A stretch of DNA of 64,000 nucleotides from the human T2T-CHM13v2.0 reference genome, Homo sapiens. Numbering within the stretch: position 1 is the first letter of the stretch; each line of letters opens with the position of its first letter. The notes under the pieces were generated by a model that was given only the letters and a program-made list of their open reading frames with translations, did not search any database and was not told the DNA's origin. Below, one piece after another: positions 43,019 through 59,260 of this stretch. Both the position numbers and the translations under genes were made by a program. The DNA is taken from the NCBI RefSeq assembly GCF_009914755.1, contig NC_060928.1. One strand, 5' to 3'.

Positions 43019-43663
43019 CAGCATCACCCTTAGGCCCAGGCAAGAAGAGGCCCTGCCTTGGCCTGTGTGCTTTAGAAAGCTTACCTTCTGGTCTGCCATT
43101 TGGCTGTGCCCCTTGCTATGGGAGTGGGAATTTGGAGAGACAAAATAATGTAATCAACTGCAGTTCACGTCTCCTAGATGACAGGATTATCTGCTGGTCT
43201 AGTCCCCGGCCTGTGCCTCTTTCCTGAGTCCATTCCTTGGACTCTGCCACTGGTTTGCACACACCAAAGCCCAAGGGATCGTCCAAATACCTAGCTGTTT
43301 GCAGGGACAATGGATGGAACGTGGACAGGGCTGAGATATCTATGTGTACACATGTGAAGCTATTGTAGTGTGGAATGAAGATAGAGGTGGCAGGACTGGT
43401 TCAGAAGAGAAGCTTATGTTCTGGGATTGAAGGGTAGATCTCCCAGTGTGGCAAGTTCTGGCTCAGAGAAGTACAAGGAGTTTGAGAATTCTAACTTTGA
43501 ACCTAACCATCTAGAAGAAATATTTCGCAGGGCAGGAGGAGATAATATATTTTATTTAACAGCTTGTCAGCTTGATTTATAACCTTTAAATATATGAGTA
43601 TATAACAAGTGAGCTTCCATTTGTACTGTTGCCCCAGACCCTGAAAATGTTAAGGGAGGGCTG
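43019..43663. mobile_element. hAT-Tip100 non-autonomous DNA transposon (MER115/Zaphod-like)
   Basis: Imperfect terminal inverted repeats cagcatcacccttagg ... gttaagggagggctg, with ggcccaggcaagaagaggccctgcc near the 5' end. Confidence 0.55.
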
Positions 43664-44269
43664 CACTTGGAATTAAGAGAGTCCTGAGGAGTGGAGTCAC
43701 CCAGCTTGTCTGAATCAGGCAACACTTGAGCTAGATATTAAGCAATGGTCAATTGGGAATTATTTAGGCAAGATAAATGGATCAAAGATGAGAGAAAATG
43801 GCAGGGCAACGCAGGGCAGGACATGGAATTGACAACTGCATTTAATGCACGAGCCAAGGCAAAAAGGCAGCAAATCGCATGAAGTGTGTTTGGGCCTTAA
43901 AATGCAAGTAGAGCAGAGTTTACTAAAAGCTAGGGAGCTTCCACCTTTAGGTTTTCTCACTTGAACAGTCCCTGATGAGTTCTGAGGATTTCTAGGGGTT
44001 GTAAGGGTTTTAGGTAGAAAGAGGATGCCAGATTGCAATCTGGAATCATTTCTGTGTAAACATTTCTATTTAATCGCCTAAGGAGATTTCAAAGAAAGAG
44101 ACCCATATTTTTAAGTCCCAGTATATGTTGTGATTTCTTTTTTTGTCCTAGATAAATATTTACTTTTGTATCTAATTTTGTATCCTTTTTCTTCAATAGA
44201 ATTCTCTCCTAAATTATAGGTGCCTCAGATCTCACCCAAAGTGGATTCACCTCTGAGTTCAATATATCT

Positions 44270-45230
44270 TGGAAAGATGAGGCTAGAGAAATTGCAGAGA
44301 ACCAGGCTTGATTCTTTGCAGGCCACAGAGCCATGAGATTTAGTCAGGGAAGTGACCTGGGTATTTATACATTGGGTATTTTCCACATGATGGGCCATTT
44401 GGAGACAATAGACATATTGGAGATTCTTCTAACAATCCCACAGAGTAAAAATGTAGTTTTGAACCAGGGCAGTGGAGAAAAAATATTTATTGAGTAAAAT
44501 TGGCAAGACTGAGTGTTTGATTAGAAATGCATAGTGGAAGAGTTCAAAGAAGAGTTTGCAATTTCTAATTTTGAGGTCTTATAAATTACATCCAGTTTTA
44601 ATTGTGTTGAGTTTATATCTGCATAGGATATGCAAGTAGAGACATCCAGCAGTCAGTTAAGAGTGTGATTCTGAAGCTTGGGGGAGACAGCTGGGCTGGC
44701 TGGGAATATCTATGAATGTGTGTGTGTCTGTGTGTGTAGTGACATACCTTCACACACACAAATACCTATATACATTTGCATCTGCATTTATATATACATG
44801 CATATCTTTTTGAGCCCAAATATGTATTTGGGAGTTATCAGTATACAGTTGAAACCACCAGAATGAATAAAGTCAATCAGGAAAAGCATTTAAAATGGGT
44901 ACACCAGAGAGCTGATGACAGAAACCTGAGAAACACAAATGTTTCAGTAACGAACAGAGGAAGAGGACAATAGAAAGGACACAGCAAAGTGAGAATTTTC
45001 TCAAAATCTTAAAAATCATAGGAGGGCAGTTTTTTAAATGAGGGAATAATTGACAGTGTCAATAAAGCAATGATAATTAAAAAGTGCAATTTGGTAACTA
45101 GGAAGTCATTGGAGATTTTCTGGAGTTTAAGAGGGAATGGAAAGCAGCTTTCAGTGGGATGAGAAGTGACTTGGAAATGAGGAATGGAGACGGTATCTTT
45201 CTTGAAGAATACAGTTACTCTTAAAAGTTA
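44270..45230 (-). mobile_element. Fragmented L2
   Basis: gaggctagagaa...gggaagtgacctgg...gagacatccagcagtcagtt...ttggtaactaggaagtcattgg are antisense L2 motifs. Confidence 0.6.
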
Positions 45231-45633
45231 AATTGTAAACATATGAAAAATTGTTTGTATTCTGAAGGGAACTGGAAATCAAGTGAGGTATCTCTTTTTG
45301 TCTCTCTCCATTCTCTATCTTCGGGCTGAGAGAGGCTTGGGCATGCTCACGATGACTCATGAAGTCAGGTCCCAGGGGGCAGGTATGATTCAAGAGCCTT
45401 ATTGGGACTCACTATCTGCTGTGCATGAAGGAAATAAGATGATCATGATGCTTACAGTGAAGTAAAAGTGTTGGTAGGTGGTGTTTCAGGCTTTGCTAGA
45501 GCAAGATATGAAAACAGTGAGTGAGTGGCAACAAATTACTCTGGTATGATTTCTTCAGGTGCACTCATTCCTTTACACAGCTAATAGATTTGAGTTTGGT
45601 ATTCAGCTGGGAGGCATAATAGAGGTTAATGGG

Positions 45634-46045
45634 TAATATGGTTTGGCTGTGTCCCCACCTAAATCTCATCTTGAATTGTAGTTCCCATAATTCCCATAAT
45701 TGTGGGTGGGACGCAGTGGGAGATAATTGAATCATCGGAGTGGTTTCCCCCATACTGTTCTCGTGGTAGGGAATAAGTCTCATGAGATCTGATGGTTTAT
45801 AAGGGGAAACTCCTTTTGCTTGGGTTTTTTTTTTTTTATATATATATATATAAAGAGGAGTTCTCCTGCATATGCTCTCTTCTTGCCTGCTGCCAGGTAA
45901 GACATGACTTTGCTTCTCCTTGCCTTCTGCCATGATTGTGAGGCCTCCCTAGCCATGTGAACTGTGAGTCAATTAAGCCTTTTTCCTTTATAAATACCCA
46001 GTCTCGGGTAAGTCTTTATTAGCAGCATGAGAACAGACTAATACA
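45634..46045 (+). mobile_element. THE1 (MaLR) solo LTR with 5-bp TSD
   Basis: taatatggtttggctgtgtccccacc ... gagaacagactaataca. TSD atggg at 45629-45633 and 46046-46050. Confidence 0.95.
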
Positions 46046-46074
46046 ATGGGTACAATAAATGGAATGTTCTAGAG

Positions 46075-46593
46075 CAAAAAGGTCCCCAACCTTTTTGGCA
46101 CCAGGGTCTGGTTTCGTGGAAGACAGTTTTTCCACCGATGGGGGTTATAGTTTTGGGATGATTCAAGTGCATTATATTTATTGTGCACTATATTTCTATT
46201 ATTATTACACTGTAATATATAAGGAGATAATTATACAACTCACCATAATGTAGAATCAGTGGGAGCCTTGAGCTTGTTTCCTGCAATTAGATGGTCCCAT
46301 CTGAGGGTGATAGGAGACAGTGACAGATCATCAGGCATTAGATTCTCATAAAGAGCATGCAGCAGAGACCCCTCACATGTGCGGTTCACAAGAGGGTATA
46401 TGCTCCTATGAAAATCTAATGCCGCGGCTGATCTGACAGGAGGTGGAACTCGGGTGGTAATGCAAACGATGGGGAGCAGCTGTAAATACAGATGAAGCTT
46501 CACTCACTTAATGGCTGCCCACCTCCTGCTGTGTGGCCCCCTAACAGGCCACAGACTGGTACTGGTCTGTGGTCTGGGGGTTGGGGACCCCTG
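46075..46593 (+). mobile_element. MER1A (hAT-Charlie) with 8-bp TSD
   Basis: ggtccccaacctttttggcaccaggg ... ggggttggggacccctg, ~520 bp. TSD ttctagag at 46067-46074 and 46594-46601. Confidence 0.93.
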
Positions 46594-46944
46594 TTCTAGA
46601 GGTTAAAGAATACTTAGCAAATCAACAATGAGGATTGAGAGAGAAACCAAGAGATAGTCGACAATCTCAGAAGAACTTGAAAAGCTCAGGACTTTGATAA
46701 GTTAATGGAGAGGGGTGAATAAAGAAAGGATCTGAGGGAGCTGGGGTGGTAGAACATGGGGTTAGTTTTGAGAGTTTATGATTGCAGAGATGTAATGATG
46801 TGTGATGATAACAGAATTGAGAATCTAGCTGAAGTGTTTTGAAGTCTATGGTTGAAATTGGTTGAAAGTGAAAATTATTCAATTTAACAAGGTTTAGAAA
46901 CCTCAGACAGAGAATAAAAAATTCTAGACTTCCCAAGATACATT

Positions 46945-47557
46945 TAAAAAAGATAATTTCAACTTCTCTTTAGATTTAGGGGGTATGTGTGCAGGCTTAT
47001 TACATGGGTATGTTATGTGTTTGTGGTATGGATGATCCTGTCACCCAGGTAGTGAGTATAGTACTCAATAGGTAGTTTTTTAGCCCTTACTCCCTCCTCT
47101 CTCTACCCACCAGTAGCCCCAGGTATCTATTGTTTCGATCTTTGTATCTATGTGTACCCAGTGTTTAGCTTCTACTCACAAGTGAAAGTATGCAATATTC
47201 AGTTTTCTGCTTCTGTGTTAATTCACTTAGAATAATGGCCTTCACCTGCATCTATGTTGCTGCAAAGGATATGATTTCATTCTTTTTTATGGCTGGGTAG
47301 TATTCTATGATGTCTGTGTACCACATTTTCTTTATCCAATCTACAGTTGATGGGCACCTAAGTCATGTCTTTGCTATTGTGCATAATGCTGCAGTGATGC
47401 AAACGCATGTGTCCTTTGGTATAACTATTTTCCTTTGGAGTAGCTCTGTTTTAAGTTCTTTGAGAAATCTTCAAACTGCTTTTCGTAGTGGCTGAACTAA
47501 TTTACATTCCCACCCACAGTGTATAAGCATTCCCTTTTCTCCACAATCTTACCAGCA
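46945..47557 (-). mobile_element. Older L1PA15/16-like 3' end, 5'-truncated with an internal deletion
   Basis: gatcctgtcacccaggtagtgagtatagtactcaataggtag...gttgctgcaaaggatatgatttcattc. Possible degenerate TSD cccaagatacattt / cccaggataaaattt. Confidence 0.88.
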
Positions 47558-48609
47558 CCCAGGATAAAATTTTGAGAAAGAAAGTGTTAAAGAAAGAGAG
47601 AGGTCATTAATTTTCTTTATATTTTGGGTTGCAAAGTTTTAAAAAATCATATTATGACTGTTGGATGTCAATGATAATATTAATGTTTCACTTTGAAACA
47701 ATATTAACGTTTCATAGTATTAATGTCACAGCTTTTTGTTTTACTTTTAGGATATGTGCTGGAAATAGCGAACAATTTAGAATCAGAAAAACTACTTAAT
47801 TCCCATTTCTATTATCTGCTGGTGGTGTGACGTAAAGCCAGCCACTCACTGTAGGCCTATTTCTAATATGTATAAAAGAGATAATATCTATTTGTAGGGT
47901 AGTTAGTGGTGATCAAATGTATGTGCAAGTGCTTGTTTTTGTTTGTTTTTCATATCATCAAGTGCTAGGCAAGACTTAATTGATGTAGTTGTTTTATTCC
48001 TACCTAAGGATGTTGAAAATAAAAGTTTTGTTGTTCTCTCTAAATTGGAGTTCTAGCATAACTTGTAGCATTTGCTTGACTAGTTGATTAAGCAGTAAAT
48101 TTAAATTCATGTATTAAACAGAAATCTTTTAAACATAAGTTTTAGTAAAGAAAATTTTAGGCGTGAACATAAAACTGTGGCTACAACTTTGTGCTTTAAA
48201 CATTTTATTTCTCTTATATAGTTCACAGATAAAATGTTTTAAAACTAGTTATTTTTGAATACATAGTTTTAGAGATAAACTGAGATATTTAAAAATAACT
48301 ATTATAAATAGGTTGTTTATATGCTAGGGATACTTTTTCTTACAGAATTAAGCGATTAATAAGAATAGTTATTAGTTAATTAAGCATCTGGAAATCTTCA
48401 GTTTAGTACAAGGAGCTTAAGTTTCATACATTTCTATGACATCACTTTGTAGTAGGATACAACTGCTCTTTCCTCATTTCACTGTTGAGAAGACACTAAA
48501 AAAAGGAAAATTAGAAAAGCCAACTAGAACTTTGCTTTGTTTGGTGCGGGGCAGATAGAGTTATAGGGGTGATGGGAAGAATGAGTTTTGAATATACATC
48601 ACACAGTCG

Positions 48610-49085
48610 GCAAGGCTCCCCCCATATGTCATCTCATGTACTCCTTGTCATAACCCCCTGAAGTGGGTGCACACGGCCCCATTTTATAGATGAGGACATT
48701 GAGAAGTAAAGGGGTTAAGGGAGCTACGTTCACTTTGACTATAGAAAGAAAAACTTTGCGAACTTTGACACCAGGTGGAGGTGCAGAAGCCGGGAAGTGT
48801 GTTCATAATAAACAAGTTTATGGATCATATTATATTGAAATCATACGAGTAAATGAACAATGTCTTTAAGTTATAGACAACAGATTCAAATCCTAGTCCA
48901 ATTATTTAATACTTAAGTGATCTTGGGTGGGTTACCTAACCACTTCGTACCTGAATTTCCTCGCCTATAAAAAGAGAGGCGGCATACTACCGTTTTCAAA
49001 AAGCTGCTGTGAGAATGGAATGAAGCAGTGTGGCAGAAGCATGCAACGCCATGCCTAGAAGACAGTGAAAGGCTAAAACATAAGT
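48610..49085. mobile_element. Two MIR fragments, antisense (48610-48735) and sense (48870-49085)
   Basis: ccccattttatagatgaggacattgag, and gattcaaatcctagtcc...gtgatcttgggtgggttacctaacc...tttcctcgcctataaaaag. Confidence 0.7.
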
Positions 49086-49131
49086 CAATAGGTTTTATTT
49101 ATTTATTTTCAAGGTTAAACTTGTATTTAGG

Positions 49132-51335
<2,204 letters not shown>

Positions 51336-52990
51336 TGTATTTAGGTTTAAATATCATCTGGTTCTAAAATCTGTCTGAAACTATTATATGCTGTTGCTAG
51401 ACTTGACTGTGTCGGAAACCTTACATTTTTTTTGATTTTTAGAAAAGAAGCCATATATTTTTAACTTTTCCCAAGGTCTCAGAAAGCATCATATTTTGAA
51501 ACCTTTAGACCCATCAGCTACATATGCTTCACAAGTAGGTGATAGTTTATCCTAACTGCAAGCAAATCAATTATAGGGAACAGAGGTCCTTAGTAGTGTT
51601 CAACTTTTTAACCTGTAAATTTATTTTGGTGAAGGACAGTAACATCGTATAATCAATGTTAACAGGAATCCAATATATAAATAAATAGAAGCAGTAGCTG
51701 AATTTTAACCAGACCAGGGAAACAATGCCTGTCATCATTATCCTCCTCAGCTGTTATATTACTATATCTTGGCACTATGTACAATTTTATGGTTTTTATA
51801 TCATGCAGTCTTTTGGAATCATGATTGCACTTTACCAAGGAATGGCTTTATTCCTCAGAACGATAGCCATTGTTTTAGAAAAAAGAAAATGATGTATTTT
51901 ACTGGCTGCAAAGAAAACAAACACAAAAGATCTCTGCTCATTGAAATGAGTGAAATACCACGTGGCTGACAACATTAAATTCATTGTTTAATATTAATGG
52001 TAAGCTTAGGTATGTAAAGCAAGACCTTCTATTATTTTTACATGAATGTGTTAGCATCAGACATAAGTACATCTTAAAAGGAGAGGAATTTGGTTCATTT
52101 TCCATAAGCACCCAGAAATTCAGATGCTTACGTAAAGCTTATCTGAACTACCTAAACACAGTTAAGTTTGCGAATCTTAGCAGAGCAGGACTGCATGTGA
52201 GATTGTCAGCATTTAGCTGCCAACTCAGACACAAATATTAAGAAAGAAGACTATTTCTGGCATTCTGTTATTTCTATATCTAATTTCCATTGTCAAACTA
52301 AAAACGGAAAAGTGAAATTTGAGACCAGGATTTGAGACTCAGTTCATTCCTAGTCCCCAAGGTGGTAGTTAAATTAGCTCATATTGACAATGAATTGTTG
52401 TCCTTAGATACGTGTTTGAGAAACAGTCGATGACTTCTTTTAATAAGTTAATTGTGTATATAAGCACAAAGAAACAGAGTCTAACAGGTTCACAAGTATC
52501 TTTCATTTGTGGAGGTAAGTTAGCAAGTTAAGTTAGGTGACTCATTGTAATCATACTGATTGGACTTTGTCACCTTCCAACAGTAGATTCTTTGCAATGC
52601 AACTGACACATCATGACAGATGGCAACAGCAGGGAGGCCTAACCACCTAGAATAATTTTGTAAAGTTCAGAAAAAAGTAACAAACTGTCAAATGAAACTA
52701 TGAGAATTTGCTAAAATTTCTAGACATAAATAACAGCCTAAACATCTTCTCTTAAACTTGTTCTTCTTAGATGACCAAATCTGATTACCCCACAAGCATT
52801 ATTTTGTCTATTCCAAAGGTGAAGAATTGCTGGAAGGGTTATGGAACAGTGAAAGAAGAAACATCAAGATGAGTTGATTTATTTCAAAGTGTGAATGGGG
52901 CAGGGCCATTGGGCACTACTGGAACAGCATACAGGGCCTCCAGTTTTTCAGAGGCTTATTGTTTGATATTTAAAAAAACCTTCATTTGAT

Positions 52991-53203
52991 AGTATAGTAG
53001 AGAGACTATAGTTAACAATAATTTGTTGTATATTTCAAAATAGCTAGAAAAATTGGAATGTTCCCAACACAAAGATGAATGTTTGAGGTGATGGATATCC
53101 CAATTGCCCTGACATAATCCTTACACATTATGTACATGTACCAAAATATCACATATATCCCCAAAATATACACAACTACTATAGAGCAATAAAAAGAAAA
53201 AGA
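52991..53203 (+). mobile_element. Short L1MA-like 3' end with 12-bp TSD
   Basis: gactatagttaacaataatt...tatttcaaaatagctaga...gaggtgatggatatccc...aataaaaagaaaa. TSD ccttcatttgat at 52979-52990 and 53208-53219. Confidence 0.88.
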
Positions 53204-55274
53204 ATACCCTTCATTTGATTCTAAATAGAATAAATTACAAATCAGAGATTAATACTCAATACAATATCTGCCATTCATTCATTTTTAATTTTATTATTTA
53301 TAAAGGCTTTTACATTAGCAATTTGTAGGTTAGATTCTTTTCTCCTTTGGAAGGATTAGCAAATATGCATGATAATTGCTGAGAAATCATGACCAGCTGT
53401 AACTTAAATTAGTTCTTTGTGGTCAAGTAATACCAAAAAGCAAATTTTTAAAATCTTGAAAATTATATTTAATATGATTGAGACATCATCTTAGTATGTT
53501 TGGTGTAGTAGGGAATAGGGTTCCCAAATATAAAAGAGTGGAAGATCTAGGAATGTATTGATTTGGGAAAAAATTGAGGAATACTGATTTGAGAATGAGG
53601 CATCCTAGATGCATGTAAACATACAGGAAATTTGAATGTTTATATGCTCAGCAACTACAAGAGCCTGAATTGTTGTAGCTACAAACAACAGACCATAAGT
53701 GTTGGTCAGGAAAGGAGAGTATAACTCTTTGAGTCTAATTAGCGTTGGATTTAAAGTTTGTGGTTAATGCGTATTTGTTATTTCTTTTCATTTTTTGGTA
53801 TAATGTTTCCATTTCTTTCTTCAGATTTGTATAAACTTGTGTAAGTAACTCTTCCTTGTTTATGTTATCCAATAACGATTTTTCTTAAAAGAGAACATAT
53901 AGAAAGGTACACATCATTTATTTTGGAAAGCCTTTAGTACACTGAGTATTCACTGTTAGGAAGAGGCATGGATTGGATTAAGTCGTTAGTGAATTATATC
54001 ATAAAGCTTGCAAGTTAATTAAATATGTAGAAGATGACAATGACTTATGATGATATGTTAAATCTGTCTTAAATGTTCCTGATAGAATAATTTTAGGTTT
54101 TTGTGAAAAGAAAGAATTCTTGGATTCCACCAATGATCTACTTAATTTGACTCTTTAGGAGAGAGGTCTACCAATTGAATGTCATCAGATGGGTCTTCTG
54201 ATCAGATGTGCTTGATAAACATGACATTAACTCAATATTCTCAGATAATTTTGTTATTTGGTCTAAAAATTGGAAATACTCATTATCATAAAGTCTATTC
54301 TGATCCACTCTTGAATTTGGTCAGCTTTGTTGATTAGAACATACTGATTATGTGGTTGACGGCCAGTTGCCTTCTGCCCCATTGTTGAGAATCATACTTT
54401 TATCTCTGACTTGTCAAAGGTAAAGAGGAGGAAATGAAATACCCAATAAACATAGATAAGTCAACAGAAATGTGCAGGAAAACGTATAACCTTTTGATAC
54501 TCAAAATAATTCCAACTTTAAGCTTGTGTCATCTTGTCGGAGGATCGTTGTTACTGTGTGCATGACAATAGTACATTTAAAAATAATACCTCAATTCTTG
54601 GGAGTAGAGAGCTTGAATACCTTTATTATATAATAAAATTGGAAATTTATCTGAATTCAAAATAAAAAAGTGAGTCTAATGAGTAAATACTTAAAGGGGG
54701 AAGAAAAAAGTTTACAAACATGTAAAAATCATTTTCACAATCTATTATTATATAAGGCAAGATAAGATTAATGAAGTCAGGACCTATAATATAGGTGTTG
54801 AGAAGAAGAAAGAGGAGGCAGGATCTCAATAAAAAAGAAAGCAGTAACAATAATTGGCTTAATTTTCATGTTAATCAGTCTTATTTTACCACATTAAGTC
54901 AATAAGAAGACATTATTTACTCTTTTGGTCTCTTCAAACTTTATGCAGACCTTTATTTTTGCACCTGCCAACTTTGGCATGGTTTTCTCTCTTCCTTACC
55001 AAGGACAGTGTTTTGTTCCTAATTCTTTTATCCTCAGATATTAACATTAGCTAATATAAAGCAATAGCATAAACATTCAACAATAATTGACAGATTGCAT
55101 TTTTTTAAAAACCTGGTCCTTATCCACAATGCTAATCAATATAGACTCAATCAGAAGAATAATTGTTTTGTGTAATTGAAGTTAGCTCTATTATTTAATA
55201 GTTTAAGAAAAATCATTTTTTAGACCAGCTTTTTTCAAAAAGGTGTAGCAGTTATAATAAAAATATTTAAAGAT

Positions 55275-55618
<344 letters not shown>

Positions 55619-58600
55619 TTATGGAATGTTGGAATATTGTCATGTGACAGTATAGCCTCATGATCCCAATATTTGTACAAAGAAGCCCTCTAACTCTGCT
55701 CAGAGATCTCCAGCTCTCTGTCTTGGAGCAAAATCCACTGGACTCTCAGAAAACTTTATTACAAGGAATTTTCTGATTTTTGTCTGAAACAAATCTTCCC
55801 TCTAACAGCTATTTTTAGATAGTGTTATTTTCTGGTAATCTACAAAGCAAATCTAATCTATCTTATCTATTGAAGACCTTATAAATATTTAAGAAAATCA
55901 TCCCTGTGCCCACAGGTTTTCTCATTCTCACATTTTTCATGGTAAAAACAACACATTGCTCAAAATAAGATTTGTCTGCTTGTGCAGTGCTGCTTGCTGT
56001 TGTCATTGCCGGACCTGTAAGAACAGAGGAAGCTTATCAAAGATCTAGGAATCATTTAGAGGAGGCTGCTGATAGAGCACCTAAAGAGAGAAAGTTCCTT
56101 CAGTCTGAAAAAAAAGAGATAAGAGTAAACATTATTCTCATGTGCAAGTATGTATAGTTAATATTTTTGAAACTTAATAGACAATTCTGAAGGAGGAAGT
56201 TTCAAGGTAACAGGAATATTTTACATAATAGTCTATTCTTATCAATGTTGTTGCTATTATTGTCTTTATAGCAGCATACAATATAGGAAAAGCAGAACTT
56301 TGTACAGAGACAGGGATTGATTTTAGAGAAATCCAGAATGCCATTTTTTTTCCTTGATGCATAGTCACAGTGCCGTGCTGGGGGGTTTTAGGTCTAGTGA
56401 CAAGACCCTAGTTGTTATTTCAACAACCTTCCCTGCTGGGAAACTCAGTTTGTGAAACAGTCAATTTTCCTGAAAATAAACTGAGATTAGTAAATAGGAA
56501 ATAAAAGACATTTCTTGAGGCTTTTGCTTCTTCTTAAGATTAAGGCATTGTAGAAGTCTGAATGAAAAATTAAGGGATTTTCACCAAGAAAGAACAACAG
56601 ACTTTCCCAGCAGCCAACACAAGAGGTGTGGTCTTGGGTTATCACCCTCTTAGCTGGCTGAGAAACTTCATTGGTCTAGACCATGACAAGTTCAGCCATT
56701 CTGATTCATGCTAACAAAGCTTTCTAAAGACTAAATACATAAAAGCAGCATACTGGTATGTTATTTCACAGTGAATGAAGGTCAAATGAACTGGTTATCA
56801 CTGAATATCCACTCACAATCTTTTCTCAGGATGGTCATGTTAGTTGACAAATAGAAAGCACCAAGGGTTAATGTTATAATCCTACAATAGACAAACATCT
56901 CCATCTGTACATCTTTTGATCTTAGGCTTCAGGGACTGACCTAACTCCTATATAACTGACCATTTTTTTCCACTTATATATAACACATCAACTGGTTACA
57001 ATTAAGTCTTTTAGCCATCTTCTCAATGATCCATTTTATATTTAGTATGCACTGTGTTCCCAGAATGGAAACTTGTTTTCAAGTTCTTAGAGTGGTGTCT
57101 GGTAGAGGTGGGTGGTAGTGGTCAGCTTATTGTTAACTCTTTGCTATTATCCACAGAAAACTCTGACAAATGTATATGGAAATTATTTAAATATGATTGT
57201 CAAATTAGGTGCTTAAGCTCTCATGAAATCAAATGAGTAAATCGTACAAAGAAATGAGTAAAAGGAGAATCTAATAGTGGCATCTAATTGTAGTTTTTCC
57301 TAGCAAATACTCTTGGGAAGCATAAATCATCCCCTATTGACTATATAGGAAAATGGAGACCTTTTCACATAGGTTGAATATTTTGATTGTTTTAATATAT
57401 ATTAGCTCCTCTTCAAATATTTTGTGGAGTACAATAGAGAGTTTTAATATGCTACACAAATACAGTTCTTTAAACAGCCTCTGTTAACAACTGCCACGCA
57501 TGACTTTTCACACTAACAAAACTAAGACTGTGACATCTGGTACTGGTGAAGTATTCCATTTGGGGCAAACTAGGATGCAGGTATTATGACAAAACTGTTA
57601 ACAGATTTGGTCACTAAATGCAGGTCAAATTTCCTTTTCACGTTTGAGATAGGCCTGAAAAATAAAGGATAGGGCAACATTTTGTTGAATTACTGTGTGC
57701 CCTGCAAATATGTATGGCATTTTCAAGTTGTGAACTTGGTGCCATCCTTCAATATATAAATTTCAGTTTTAGATACTTGGATTCAAATAATAACTATGTT
57801 GTGAATGTAATGAGTATTCTGTACTTAATCACTTCGCATGGTAAAAACACTTTAAGTAGGATTAAGGACCCTAGATTAAGAGGGTCCATTACCAGCAAAT
57901 TTTCACACTGTTAAATTACAACTTGACTGTATTACACCTCCCTTAGAAAACTTCAGCTGTAAAGTAGGAGTCATATTTTCAAGAGAGGTTGCTGTGTTTT
58001 GAATATTAATGCAGCAGTTTGTCTACTAAAGGGACCACATAAAGCAAAACATTGTTTTGCAATCACAGATTTTAATTCAACTTTTCTTTTCCTCTCTAGA
58101 CAGTTACTGTGAAATGTCCACAAAACCAAACTTTTTGCTTTTAGTATATCCTCTTCTCTCTTAGACAATGTACAAACCTTTAAGAAATAATTAAATGTAG
58201 AAATATTTGTAATTTATAGATTTATGTCCATGTCTGTTTTATTGAGCCACATGAATAAAACAATATAACTGCCCTTTCAAGACAATTGAAAAATTTCATC
58301 AAGCTCTCAAAAAGGTCTCAAAAAGCCTTATTGCTTGTGTAACATTGAGTTTCATCTTTCAAATGATGCAAAAATATGATGAAATAACTTTCCTAATCAA
58401 CAAAGCTTTGTTTGCTGATTATATTCCTTTTCAGAAATATTCATTTATTCTCTCTTTTTTTTAAATTTGTCAAATTGACCGATGATAAGAGAAAAATTAT
58501 TTTGTGAAATGAGGAAATATTTATCTGAAAAAGATGTGTGTGTGCACATATGTGTATACTGTGGCAGTTTTTACAAATCTAAAAAACGACGAATTAGTGT

Positions 58601-58644
58601 TCTAAGAATGAAGGATGGATACCAAATACTAGCGCCATTCAACA

Positions 58645-58790
58645 GCTAATATTTGTTGAGTGTTTTTGCATTTTAGAAAATCATTCCACATATAGTGTCT
58701 CTTTAATCTTCAGTGATCTTATAAAGTTGATTTTATCCTCATTTTACAGATAAGAAAACTATAGCTCAGAGAAGTTGAACAATTTGTTTC
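58645..58790 (-). mobile_element. MIR SINE
   Basis: tcctcattttacagataagaaaactatagctcagagaagttgaacaatttg. Confidence 0.75.
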
Positions 58791-58859
58791 CTTTTTTGTT
58801 TATGTCTTAAAACATTTACACTAGTCAGTGTTTTAAGGTTTTTTCCCTTGGTATTTCGT

Positions 58860-59260
58860 CCAGATAATTCTATTCCTCCTTCTCCCTTAACTCTTTAAGT
58901 CCAGTTTAGCCCACCAAATATTTACTTCATTTTCTTATTAGCACTTATCACTCCATAAAATTATATTTTTAGTAGTTTGAACATAATTTAGAAACTTGAA
59001 GATTATTTGAATGTAAACTCCAGAAAGGCAAGAAATTTGTCAGCTCTGCTTAATGCTACATTTCAGCTCAAAGAATAGTGCCTGATAACATAGGAGAGCC
59101 TTAATATTTATTGAATGAAAGAATAAATGAATGAGCATCAACAAGGTGCCTGGTACTTGATTGGGAAATGGGGCTATGAGGATGAAAGAGACATGGCTCC
59201 TGCTTTCCAATAACTCACAACTTAATTTACAGCAACAAGTGGAAATGAAGAAATGTACTA
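58860..59260. mobile_element. Two L2 3' ends, tail-to-tail (sense to ~59130, antisense after)
   Basis: gaatagtgcctgataacatagg...tatttattgaatgaa, then gagcatcaacaaggtgcctggtact...gagacatggctcctgc. Confidence 0.65.

Noticed and set aside
42811-43227. 138-aa ORF
   Set aside because: Non-ATG start; it runs across L2 and DNA-transposon relics.
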